This document shows positions 37,117 to 45,237 of a stretch of DNA of 64,000 nucleotides, one piece after another. Position 1 is the stretch's first letter. Each line of letters starts with the position of its first letter. Made by a program: the position numbers and the translations under genes. The notes under the pieces are model-generated. The model ran no database searches. It saw only the letters and a program-made list of their open reading frames with translations, and had not been told where the DNA came from. The DNA is from Flavobacteriales bacterium (GTDB lineage Bacteria > Bacteroidota > Bacteroidia > Flavobacteriales_D > Sanyastnellaceae): positions 20,766 through 84,765 of the forward strand of contig JAKVAX010000016.1 in NCBI GenBank assembly GCA_022447625.1. The letters are read 5' to 3'.

Positions 37117-38505
37117 TTAGATGTGAATCACTTCGTCATAAGCCGCAGCTGCTGCTTCCATCACCGCTTCACTCATTGTTGGGTGAGGGTGAACTGTTTT
37201 GATCAACTCATGACCCGTAGTCTCAAGCTTGCGTACAGCAACGATTTCTGCAATCATCTCAGTTACACCAGCTCCGATCATATGTCCACCAAGGAGCTCT
37301 CCGTACTTCGCATCAAAGATCAGTTTCACAAAACCGTCTTTATGTCCAGCAGCACTCGCTTTACCTGATGCTGAGAATGGGAACTTACCAACTTTAATGT
37401 CGATACCCTTGTCTTTCGCTTGTTGCTCAGTCATTCCTACAGAAGCCACTTCAGGAGCACAATATGTACATCCTGGAATGTTTTCGTAATCCAGACCTTC
37501 AACATTCATTCCCGAGATCTTCTCTACACAGATAATCCCTTCCGCGCTAGCGACGTGAGCCAGAGCCGGACCAGGAACACAATCACCAATAGCGTAGTAG
37601 CCAGGGATGTTTGTCTGGTAGAAATCATTCACCATGATCTTGCCTTTGTCAGTAGCGATACCAACATCTTCCAGTCCGATGTTCTCGATGTTTGAAATAA
37701 CACCAACCGCACTCAAGACTACATCAGCTTCAATCACTTCTTCTCCTTTCTTCGTCTTCACCGTCACTTTGCATCCGCTACCCTTCGTATCAACTGAAGT
37801 TACTTCTGCATTGGTCTTGATTTTGATGCCTTGCTTCTTGAACGAACGCTCTAGCTGCTTGCTTACTTCCTGATCTTCAACAGGAACAATGTTTGGCATG
37901 TATTCAACGATGGTCACTTCAGTTCCAATCGTGTTGTAGAAGTTCGCGAACTCCACTCCGATGGCTCCTGAACCAACAACAACCATTGATTTCGGCTGCT
38001 TCGCCATTGTCATAGCTTCGCGGTAACCGATGATTTTCTTTCCGTCTTGAGGTAGATTCGGAAGAACGCGTGAACGTGCACCCGTAGCGATGATGATGTG
38101 ATCAGCGCTGTATTCAGCTACCGCTCCCTTATCGTCAGTTACGTCGATCTTCTTCCCAGCCTTGAGCTTTCCAGTACCCATGATCACGTCGATCTTGTTC
38201 TTCTTCATCAAGAACTGGATTCCTTTACTCATGCCGTCAGCCACACCGCGACTACGCTTCACCATATCGCCAAACTGAACTTCTTGTCCGGCTACTTTGA
38301 TACCGTAATCTGCTGCATGATTGATATAGTCGAATACTTGAGCACTCTTCAGCAACGCTTTGGTCGGGATACATCCCCAGTTCAAACAGATTCCCCCAAG
38401 AGATTCACGTTCGATGATCGCTACTTTGTGACCTAGTTGTGAAGCACGAATGGCGGCAACATAACCTCCAGGTCCGCTTCCTAATACTATAACGTCGTAT
38501 TTCAT
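37117..38505 (-). CDS. lpdA: Dihydrolipoyl dehydrogenase (E3)
   Basis: FAD motif DVIVLGSGPGGY, redox-active disulfide GGICLNWGCIPTK and C-terminal His-Pro-Glu region HPHPTMSE. Start set at MKYDV. Confidence 0.9.
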   Translation of the reverse strand: MKYDVIVLGSGPGGYVAAIRASQLGHKVAIIERESLGGICLNWGCIPTKALLKSAQVFDYINHAADYGIKVAGQEVQFGDMVKRSRGVADGMSKGIQFLMKKNKIDVIMGTGKLKAGKKIDVTDDKGAVAEYSADHIIIATGARSRVLPNLPQDGKKIIGYREAMTMAKQPKSMVVVGSGAIGVEFANFYNTIGTEVTIVEYMPNIVPVEDQEVSKQLERSFKKQGIKIKTNAEVTSVDTKGSGCKVTVKTKKGEEVIEADVVLSAVGVISNIENIGLEDVGIATDKGKIMVNDFYQTNIPGYYAIGDCVPGPALAHVASAEGIICVEKISGMNVEGLDYENIPGCTYCAPEVASVGMTEQQAKDKGIDIKVGKFPFSASGKASAAGHKDGFVKLIFDAKYGELLGGHMIGAGVTEMIAEIVAVRKLETTGHELIKTVHPHPTMSEAVMEAAAAAYDEVIHI

Positions 38506-38646
38506 ATGCGTGGTTGTTCGAAATTGAAACGGCCACAAAGGTAGGAAGTGAAACGCTATGAATGAACATCGGATAATCTTCAGCTAATTTTCATCTAGTT
38601 ATTCTTCGCTATTGCAATTTTGACGCGTGCTGTCGTTCTTTGAGAT

Positions 38647-39558
38647 ATGAAGGTAGACGTGACCATTTTGACCGAAGCGCAGTATGTGCAGCCTGAGAAA
38701 ACTGACTGGTATATCGATCAAGTCTTGTTAGAGGATAGATTGGTAATGGAGGCCCTGGAACGGAAAGGACACAGTGTTCAGAAGAAAGACTGGGCAGATC
38801 CAACAATGGATTGGGGGCAGACGAAACTGGCCATTTTCAGAACCACTTGGGATTACTTCCATCGTTTCCCGGAGTTCAAGCAATGGATTGATTCAGCAGG
38901 TCAGCAAACCACCTTCGTCAACACTAAGGAGCAAATCCTCTGGAACATAGACAAGCACTACATGGCTGATCTTGAGAAAGCTGGAGTGCGTATCGTGACC
39001 AGTGATTTCCGACAGTCGAAGAATGCCGCTAGTTACGGTAGTCTGGTAGATTGGTGTTCTCATGTCGGTGGAGAGCAATGGGTGTTAAAGCCAACGATTT
39101 CTGGAGCGGCTCGGCACACGTATAAATTGAACGCTTCCAATATTGCTGAACACGAAACGATCTATCGTGAATTACTGGCGCAGGAAGACATGATGCTCCA
39201 GCCATTCCAATACAACATCGAGAAAGAAGGTGAGCTCAGTTTGATGGTCATGAATGGTCAATACACCCACGCCATTCGCAAGATGGCCAAGGTAGGTGAT
39301 TTCCGTGTGCAAGATGATTTTGGGGGTAGTGTGCATCATCATCAGGCTAGCGCCGAAGAGATTGCGTTTGCCCAGGCCGCTGTTGCGGCGTGTGAACTCG
39401 CCCCGATGTACGCACGTGTAGACATGATCAAAGACAACCAAGGCGAGCTAGCCTTGGGAGAGTTGGAATTGATTGAGCCGGAGCTTTGGTTCCGGGAACA
39501 TCCTGCAGCAGCAGATGTTTTAGCTGAAGGTGTAGAGCAACTGCTCGGAAAGCTTTAG
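38647..39558 (+). CDS. Putative ATP-grasp fold protein (RimK/glutathione-synthetase-like), function unknown
   Basis: The C-terminal block MYARVDMIKDNQGELALGELELIEPEL resembles the ATP-grasp Mg/ATP-binding strand. Confidence in the family is limited. Confidence 0.45.
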   Translation: MKVDVTILTEAQYVQPEKTDWYIDQVLLEDRLVMEALERKGHSVQKKDWADPTMDWGQTKLAIFRTTWDYFHRFPEFKQWIDSAGQQTTFVNTKEQILWNIDKHYMADLEKAGVRIVTSDFRQSKNAASYGSLVDWCSHVGGEQWVLKPTISGAARHTYKLNASNIAEHETIYRELLAQEDMMLQPFQYNIEKEGELSLMVMNGQYTHAIRKMAKVGDFRVQDDFGGSVHHHQASAEEIAFAQAAVAACELAPMYARVDMIKDNQGELALGELELIEPELWFREHPAAADVLAEGVEQLLGKL

Positions 39559-39679
39559 TGAAAGTCCAATTTTCAAGAAAGGTTTCTTAATCCTTTTCAT
39601 CAGCCTCGATAGGGCAGGCGTGAGGATACTTGTATATTCACCAACTCGAAATAGAATCTTTAAGAAACCTGTAAAAACA

Positions 39680-41494
39680 ATGTCAAAACAACTACGTAGT
39701 AAGTTGATCCTTCTAGTGTGTGCTTGTGTATTCGTTTCTGCCACGAATGCTCAGGATAGCATGCCAATCGCAGAGGAAGTACGTTACACACAATGTGTGA
39801 AGTTCTGGGAGATCCCAGCGCTAAAAGATCTAGCGGAACAACACAAGAACGAGCCCATCGCGGCTCCGATTAAAGCACCAGAGCGTAAAGCATGGGAAGC
39901 TGAAATCGATCAAGAGAATGCCCTTCCTCAGAATGGAGACCCAGTTCGTCAGACGGTATACGGAACACGCTCAGGAGCTACTTCATGGGTAAACAAGCCT
40001 GGAATGGGTGGTGGATTCCCACCAGATCCAACAGGTGCTGCAGGTCCAAACCACTTCGTTCAAGCAGTAAACACTTCATACCGCGCGTACAACCTTCAGG
40101 GAACGCCGGTGATGTCTTCACTTAATTTGAATAACCTTTGGCCCGGAGAAGAGAACCTAGGTGACCCTATCGTAATGTACGATGAGTTCGCTGACCGTTG
40201 GTTCATCTCTCAGTTCAAGTCGAACGGAATCTTGATCGCTATTTCACAGACTCCAGATCCAGAAGGAGAATTCTACGGATACGAGTTCAACTTGGCTCAA
40301 TTCCCTGATTACCCGAAGTACTCTGTTTGGTCTGACGCTTACTACATGACAGCAAACGCTTTTGTTGACAACGCGGTAGCTTTCGAACGTGAGAAGATGT
40401 TGGCAGGTGACCCATCAGCTGGGATGATTGACATGAACTTCCCGAACGTACCGAACGGAGGTTTCCGTAGCCCACTTCCTGCAGATGCAGATGGTGATCT
40501 ACCTCCACTAGGAACACCAAACTACATGTTCACCCTTGCGGATGACGCATGGAGCGGTGTTTCAGATGACCACATCAAGGTGATCGAAATGGACATCGAT
40601 TGGGATAACCCAAACAGTTCTACGATTCAGGTGGTATCAGAAATTGAAACGTCAGCTTACGACTGTGTATTCACTGGTCCTTGGAACGATATTGAGCAGC
40701 CAAATACAAACCAGCGTTTGGATGCTGTAGCGATGATCTTCTACTACCGTGCGCAGTACCGCCGTTGGGTTGGATACAACACGATGGTTCTTTGCCACGC
40801 CGTTGACCTCGGTGGACTTCAAGCGGGTATTCGTTGGTACGAGCTTCGTGACAACGATGATGGTAACTGGTATCTATACCAAGAAGGAACATTTGCTCCA
40901 AACGACGATGAAAGCCGCTTTATGGCGAGTATCTCAATGGATAACCAAGGAAACATTGGTATGGCGTATTCAATCAGTGGTCCAAACGAATTCCCAGGAC
41001 TTCGTTTTACAGGACGTATGGCTGATGACCCGCTTGGTCAAATGACTTACGAAGAGCAGGTAATTATCGACGGTTCAGGGTTCCAGTCAGGGGGTAACCG
41101 TTACGGTGATTACGCACACATGTCAGTTTACGGCAACCGCTTCTGGTTTACAGGTGAGTACCTTCAGAATGGTAGCCGTCGTACACGTATCTTCTCTTTC
41201 GATCTAGACGGAAGTACAGACATCAACGAGGTTTCTGGCTCAGATATTGATACTCAAGTTTACCTGAGCGATCCTTCTACTCTACAGGTGAAGGCGTGGA
41301 ATCTTCCGAATAGCGAAGAGATTGTACTTGATCTCTTTGATATCCGTGGAGCAATCGTTTCTCATGATGTGCTAACGCCAGCAAACGCAGGTTTCCAGCG
41401 TAGCTTGAATGTAGACGGACTAGCTCCAGGAATGTACATGGTACGTTTCGGAAACGGCAACTACCAAGAGGTGAAGAAAGTTCAGATCAACTAG
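39680..41494 (+). CDS. Secreted protein of unknown function with T9SS type-A C-terminal sorting domain
   Basis: Signal peptide MSKQLRSKLILLVCACVFVSATNA. The C-terminal ~80 aa (LDLFDIRGAIVS...GMYMVRFGNGNYQEVKKVQIN) is a Por-secretion tail. The start is chosen at the internal ATG preceding the signal peptide. Confidence 0.65.
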   Translation: MSKQLRSKLILLVCACVFVSATNAQDSMPIAEEVRYTQCVKFWEIPALKDLAEQHKNEPIAAPIKAPERKAWEAEIDQENALPQNGDPVRQTVYGTRSGATSWVNKPGMGGGFPPDPTGAAGPNHFVQAVNTSYRAYNLQGTPVMSSLNLNNLWPGEENLGDPIVMYDEFADRWFISQFKSNGILIAISQTPDPEGEFYGYEFNLAQFPDYPKYSVWSDAYYMTANAFVDNAVAFEREKMLAGDPSAGMIDMNFPNVPNGGFRSPLPADADGDLPPLGTPNYMFTLADDAWSGVSDDHIKVIEMDIDWDNPNSSTIQVVSEIETSAYDCVFTGPWNDIEQPNTNQRLDAVAMIFYYRAQYRRWVGYNTMVLCHAVDLGGLQAGIRWYELRDNDDGNWYLYQEGTFAPNDDESRFMASISMDNQGNIGMAYSISGPNEFPGLRFTGRMADDPLGQMTYEEQVIIDGSGFQSGGNRYGDYAHMSVYGNRFWFTGEYLQNGSRRTRIFSFDLDGSTDINEVSGSDIDTQVYLSDPSTLQVKAWNLPNSEEIVLDLFDIRGAIVSHDVLTPANAGFQRSLNVDGLAPGMYMVRFGNGNYQEVKKVQIN

Positions 41495-41501
41495 ATCTAC
41501 C

Positions 41502-41846
41502 ATGCGTAAACTTTTCATCCTTACGATCATTGCCATGCTCTCTATCACAGCATGCAAACAACAAGAAGAAATGGCCGGTGCAGGTACACCGTCTTCAGAA
41601 GAGTCACTTGATGGCTGGGCTACAGGCACAGTAATCGATGACTATGCTGCAGATGGATGTGAGATTCTCATTAAGCTCGATGAAGCAGAAGGAGAGTCGG
41701 CACTCCTCAATCCGGCAGAACTGGATAAGAAACTCAGCAAGCCTGGGACACGATTGAAATTCAAATTTCAATCTACCCGGATGCCGCATCCAAATGATTG
41801 CGGCAGAGGGATGCTGGTCATCTTAAACGCAGTTGAGAAAATGTAA
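41502..41846 (+). CDS. Small lipoprotein, unknown function
   Basis: Lipoprotein signal MRKLFILTIIAMLSITAC. It sits 8 bp downstream of the T9SS cargo gene and is followed by a strong terminator. Confidence 0.55.
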   Translation: MRKLFILTIIAMLSITACKQQEEMAGAGTPSSEESLDGWATGTVIDDYAADGCEILIKLDEAEGESALLNPAELDKKLSKPGTRLKFKFQSTRMPHPNDCGRGMLVILNAVEKM

Positions 41847-41850
41847 AGAA

Positions 41851-41876
41851 GGGAGCTTTCGAGCTCCCTTTTTTAT
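41851..41876 (+). terminator. Rho-independent terminator GGGAGCT-ttcg-AGCTCCC + T6
   Basis: A perfect 7-bp GC-rich stem with tetraloop and a U-tract, 5 nt after the stop at 41846. Confidence 0.85.
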
Positions 41877-41939
41877 GGAATGAACTTGTAATGGGCATCC
41901 AGTGTACAGCGTTATAAATGTATCACCAACCTATTCATC

Positions 41940-42641
41940 ATGCGTACACTCTCAATTCTTGGTGCCTGTTTACTCCTTGCTCTCTCCTCTTTCTCGCAAC
42001 ATACAAGCAACCCGCCTACAGTCGAAGAACCCAACGTATCCGAACCGTTGAACATTGATTACATGTTTCGTGGTCACTTTTATGCCTCTTCGCCTCGAGG
42101 AACTCAATACGATGGTTATGGCGGCTGGGGAGGATCCGGAAATAATTTCCATAAAATGGATGACTCCGAACGACGAGATGACGGAGTCGGTATCCTCATT
42201 GATCGAGAAGTAGACTGTTCGTTTTATGACCTTTCGAAAGGAATGAAGGTCTACTTGTACAATTGTACTGACGATACCGTGACCTTCTCAGCCCAAGACA
42301 GTCGGTTGTCAATGACCATTCAAGCCATCAATGACAAAGGGCAATGGGCAGATATCGAATACCTTCCTTCAAGTTGGTGTGGAAATAGCTACCACACTCT
42401 CTGGCTACCAAATGATCACTATTGGGAATTCACCGCACCGGAGTTCACAGGAGAATTCAAGACGAAGCTTCGAATCACGGTCACTTATTACCCGAAGAGT
42501 TTTGCGGTTTACCATAACGAGGAAGATCCAAAACCCACAGCGATTTACTCGCCAGAATTCGAAGGCAGTATCAACCTGGGTCAATTCTGGAAGAAGGAAG
42601 AATACCAACCCGCAGGCTTAATGGATCCGTACGAGGATTAA
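41940..42641 (+). CDS. Secreted hypothetical protein
   Basis: Signal peptide MRTLSILGACLLLALSSFSQ; no known motif recognised. Confidence 0.55.
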   Translation: MRTLSILGACLLLALSSFSQHTSNPPTVEEPNVSEPLNIDYMFRGHFYASSPRGTQYDGYGGWGGSGNNFHKMDDSERRDDGVGILIDREVDCSFYDLSKGMKVYLYNCTDDTVTFSAQDSRLSMTIQAINDKGQWADIEYLPSSWCGNSYHTLWLPNDHYWEFTAPEFTGEFKTKLRITVTYYPKSFAVYHNEEDPKPTAIYSPEFEGSINLGQFWKKEEYQPAGLMDPYED

Positions 42642-42696
42642 AAGTTTCGCACAAAAGCGTCATCGCAGGCTCCCTTTTCAGGTGTGACTCGGGAAC

Positions 42697-42952
42697 ATGA
42701 AACGCTTAGCTATCGTCTGTACTCTCTTGGTCTCTTTCTCCGCTCAGGCCCAGGAAGTAGAGCTTGTTAAGAATATCAATACCACAGCTACGTCGTCTTC
42801 GCTCGCTTCAGTTGGTTGACCTATCTGGTGGAGTGGTGCTGTAAGGTTGGGTTTCCTCAAAGGTAGATTTAGATGTTAGTCATCTTTCAGCAGGTGTGTA
42901 TTTAATTCAAATTGAAGGACTTAATCCTGCAAGAATTACTGTGGAGCATTAA
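42697..42952 (+). pseudogene. Relic of a T9SS cargo gene: signal-peptide ORF (40 aa) and a frameshifted fragment encoding only the end of a T9SS C-terminal sorting domain (...LDVSHLSAGVYLIQIEGLNPARITVEH)
   Basis: 42697..42819 encodes MKRLAIVCTLLVSFSAQAQEVELVKNINTTATSSSLASVG followed by a stop. 42845..42952, in another frame, encodes the last 35 aa of a Por_Secre_tail-like domain. The whole middle of the gene is missing. Confidence 0.5.
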
Positions 42953-43017
42953 TCTTTAGTTTCCATCGGGAATATCGGTTGACAAGGTCGTCTAGATAGA
43001 AACGAAACCTTGAACCG

Positions 43018-45120
43018 ATGCTTAGATTATTAGCAGCCTGTGCTCTATTCAGCATAGCACTCCCTCTTTCCGCACAAGTCATGGAAGAGGAGCCCAATGA
43101 CTTCATTACCCAGGCCATGGACATAGGTCTGAATGAAACTGTGATCGCCAGTTTTTCATCGGCGTTTGAATATGATTTCTATCGGGTGACATTGCCGGAA
43201 CAAGGAAAGATAAACGTTGATATCACCAATTTCGACCTCGAGCCACATGATTTAGCTATTGTCAATATTGCAGGTAATGCGCCGCAATATGGTGGTTTGG
43301 TAGAAGCGTTGAATAACGCCGACCCTCAAACGCATATTGAGAAATGTTGCTTGGCAGCTGGTGATTATTACATCCGAGTACAAGGTCCGTTCAATGCCAA
43401 TAATGATCAGTATTACGTAGAAATGACCTTCATTCCCCACGATGGTCCAAATGATGATGCTCCTCACCGAACCAATGAAACGGCTCATGATGCTACCGAG
43501 ATTTCTTTAGAAGACGAGTTTATTCTCGCGGGAAATATTGGTTTCGATCAACACCTCGACGGAGAAAGCCGTGACCGCGATGATTGGTTCAAAGTGAATA
43601 TGCCGTCACGAGGGGGAATTGTCCTCGAGGAAATTTCTAGTGAGGCTGAATACGACGCTACCTGTGCAAGTTGGAACCTAAGTGAACCAGGAGTAGATGT
43701 TTACCTGAACGAAGGGAATCTAGGAAACGGTTCAGGTGTTCCGACAGATGCAGATCTCGCTTCGTGTCTGTCCGTTGAGTATTTCTTAATCGCAGTCAAA
43801 GATGGTGGCTTCAGCGGAATCAATGAATACTGTCAGTCATATGCGTTGCCAGGGGAGTTGGTACTTTTTCCAAATGAAGACGATGCGGATAACGATACAG
43901 ATGATGATATCATCGAGAACGCCAACGAAATTACCTTGGGCGAACAAGATGTTTTTGATGGATACATCGGATACGTGCGTTTCGAAGGAATCGTGGTTCG
44001 GGACTTAAAAGACTTCTGGAAATTTGAAATGCCTACCAATGGGCCAATGCAGGCCATTATTTCCTTTGACGAAGATTTCGTTGATCTCCAGTTTTTTGCC
44101 CGAGATAGCAATGGGAATCCACTCGCTTTAGGCGTTTCCACGAGCTATTTCGAAAATGAGGTTCAGCTAGACTTCGAATGCATTGAAGAGGGACAAGAGA
44201 TCTACCTCGAAGTCAAGCACTCTGGAGGTAATTGTGGGCCGTATCAAATGACTTTCAACTACGGAAGTGCCCCAACAAGTCCAGAAGGAGAGTTCGATAG
44301 CTTCGAAGATGCCGGAACACTTAATGTTGGATCTACAACACAAGTAGGGTTGGGGTTAGAAACGTTGAACGAAGAGAATCAGGTCGTGAGTGATGATCAA
44401 GATTTCTATCAGCTAGAAATCCCGAGTGGTCGTCTCCGATTGAACTTTACAGGGATTGACGAATTCCCTACCACGGAGCTCTATCTACAAGATCTCGAGA
44501 ACGACGGCGACGGACCGTTGAGCGAGCCCATTCTCATTGAGTCAGATGTGATTGATGAAGAAGAGAACGATATAGAATGGTACTGTCTTGGTGCTGGAAC
44601 CTACTTCGTGAAATTCACGACGGCAGGTCCTTTCGAATGCGGTGCGTTTTCAGTGAATCCTCAGATGATCGATTCAGCAGCAGATGCGGATACTGAGCCT
44701 GAGGACCCAGAAAACCCGCCGTCAATTACCACCGCAGTAGATGGAACCTTGGGTTACATATCTTACTTCATCACCAATGATCAAGGAACAACTTTCGCTT
44801 CGGGTGATGAAAAAGATACTTGGCTCTATCAGAGCACAGGTCCAGGTGATTTCTTTATCTCTTTGGTGAGCGACGACATTGAATCTCTGGAATTCAAAAT
44901 CTATAATTCAGAAGGAGAAGACTTAACAGAAGTAGGCAGTCCCGCAATCAACGGAAACACCATGGAGTGGTTGATGACGTGTTTGGATAGCGGTGAGTTC
45001 CGCATTGAGATAGATCTTGCAGCTGGTGCCTTATGCACAGCATATACATTGAGCGTCGAACATGGTTATGAGGGTGATGATGAAAGTCAAGACAATGACT
45101 CAATTGAATCCGCTCAGTAG
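43018..45120 (+). CDS. Secreted acidic protein made of tandem pre-peptidase C-terminal (PPC)-like repeats; N-terminal part, ends at in-frame TAG
   Basis: Signal peptide MLRLLAACALFSIALPLSAQ. It contains recurring ~100-aa units marked by EPND/EPNN...G...DxDDW(Y/F)(K/R/E)F motifs (DYDFYRVTL, DRDDWFKVNM, DLKDFWKFEM, DDQDFYQLEI). Confidence 0.7.
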   Translation: MLRLLAACALFSIALPLSAQVMEEEPNDFITQAMDIGLNETVIASFSSAFEYDFYRVTLPEQGKINVDITNFDLEPHDLAIVNIAGNAPQYGGLVEALNNADPQTHIEKCCLAAGDYYIRVQGPFNANNDQYYVEMTFIPHDGPNDDAPHRTNETAHDATEISLEDEFILAGNIGFDQHLDGESRDRDDWFKVNMPSRGGIVLEEISSEAEYDATCASWNLSEPGVDVYLNEGNLGNGSGVPTDADLASCLSVEYFLIAVKDGGFSGINEYCQSYALPGELVLFPNEDDADNDTDDDIIENANEITLGEQDVFDGYIGYVRFEGIVVRDLKDFWKFEMPTNGPMQAIISFDEDFVDLQFFARDSNGNPLALGVSTSYFENEVQLDFECIEEGQEIYLEVKHSGGNCGPYQMTFNYGSAPTSPEGEFDSFEDAGTLNVGSTTQVGLGLETLNEENQVVSDDQDFYQLEIPSGRLRLNFTGIDEFPTTELYLQDLENDGDGPLSEPILIESDVIDEEENDIEWYCLGAGTYFVKFTTAGPFECGAFSVNPQMIDSAADADTEPEDPENPPSITTAVDGTLGYISYFITNDQGTTFASGDEKDTWLYQSTGPGDFFISLVSDDIESLEFKIYNSEGEDLTEVGSPAINGNTMEWLMTCLDSGEFRIEIDLAAGALCTAYTLSVEHGYEGDDESQDNDSIESAQ

Positions 45121-45237
45121 ATCGAAGTAGATGAAACCTATGATATCAGTCTAGGATTTAGGGATCCTTTAGATCCTTTCGGGCTCGAGACAAGCGATGA
45201 TACTGATTGGTATCGGTTCGATTGGGAATTTGGCCAA

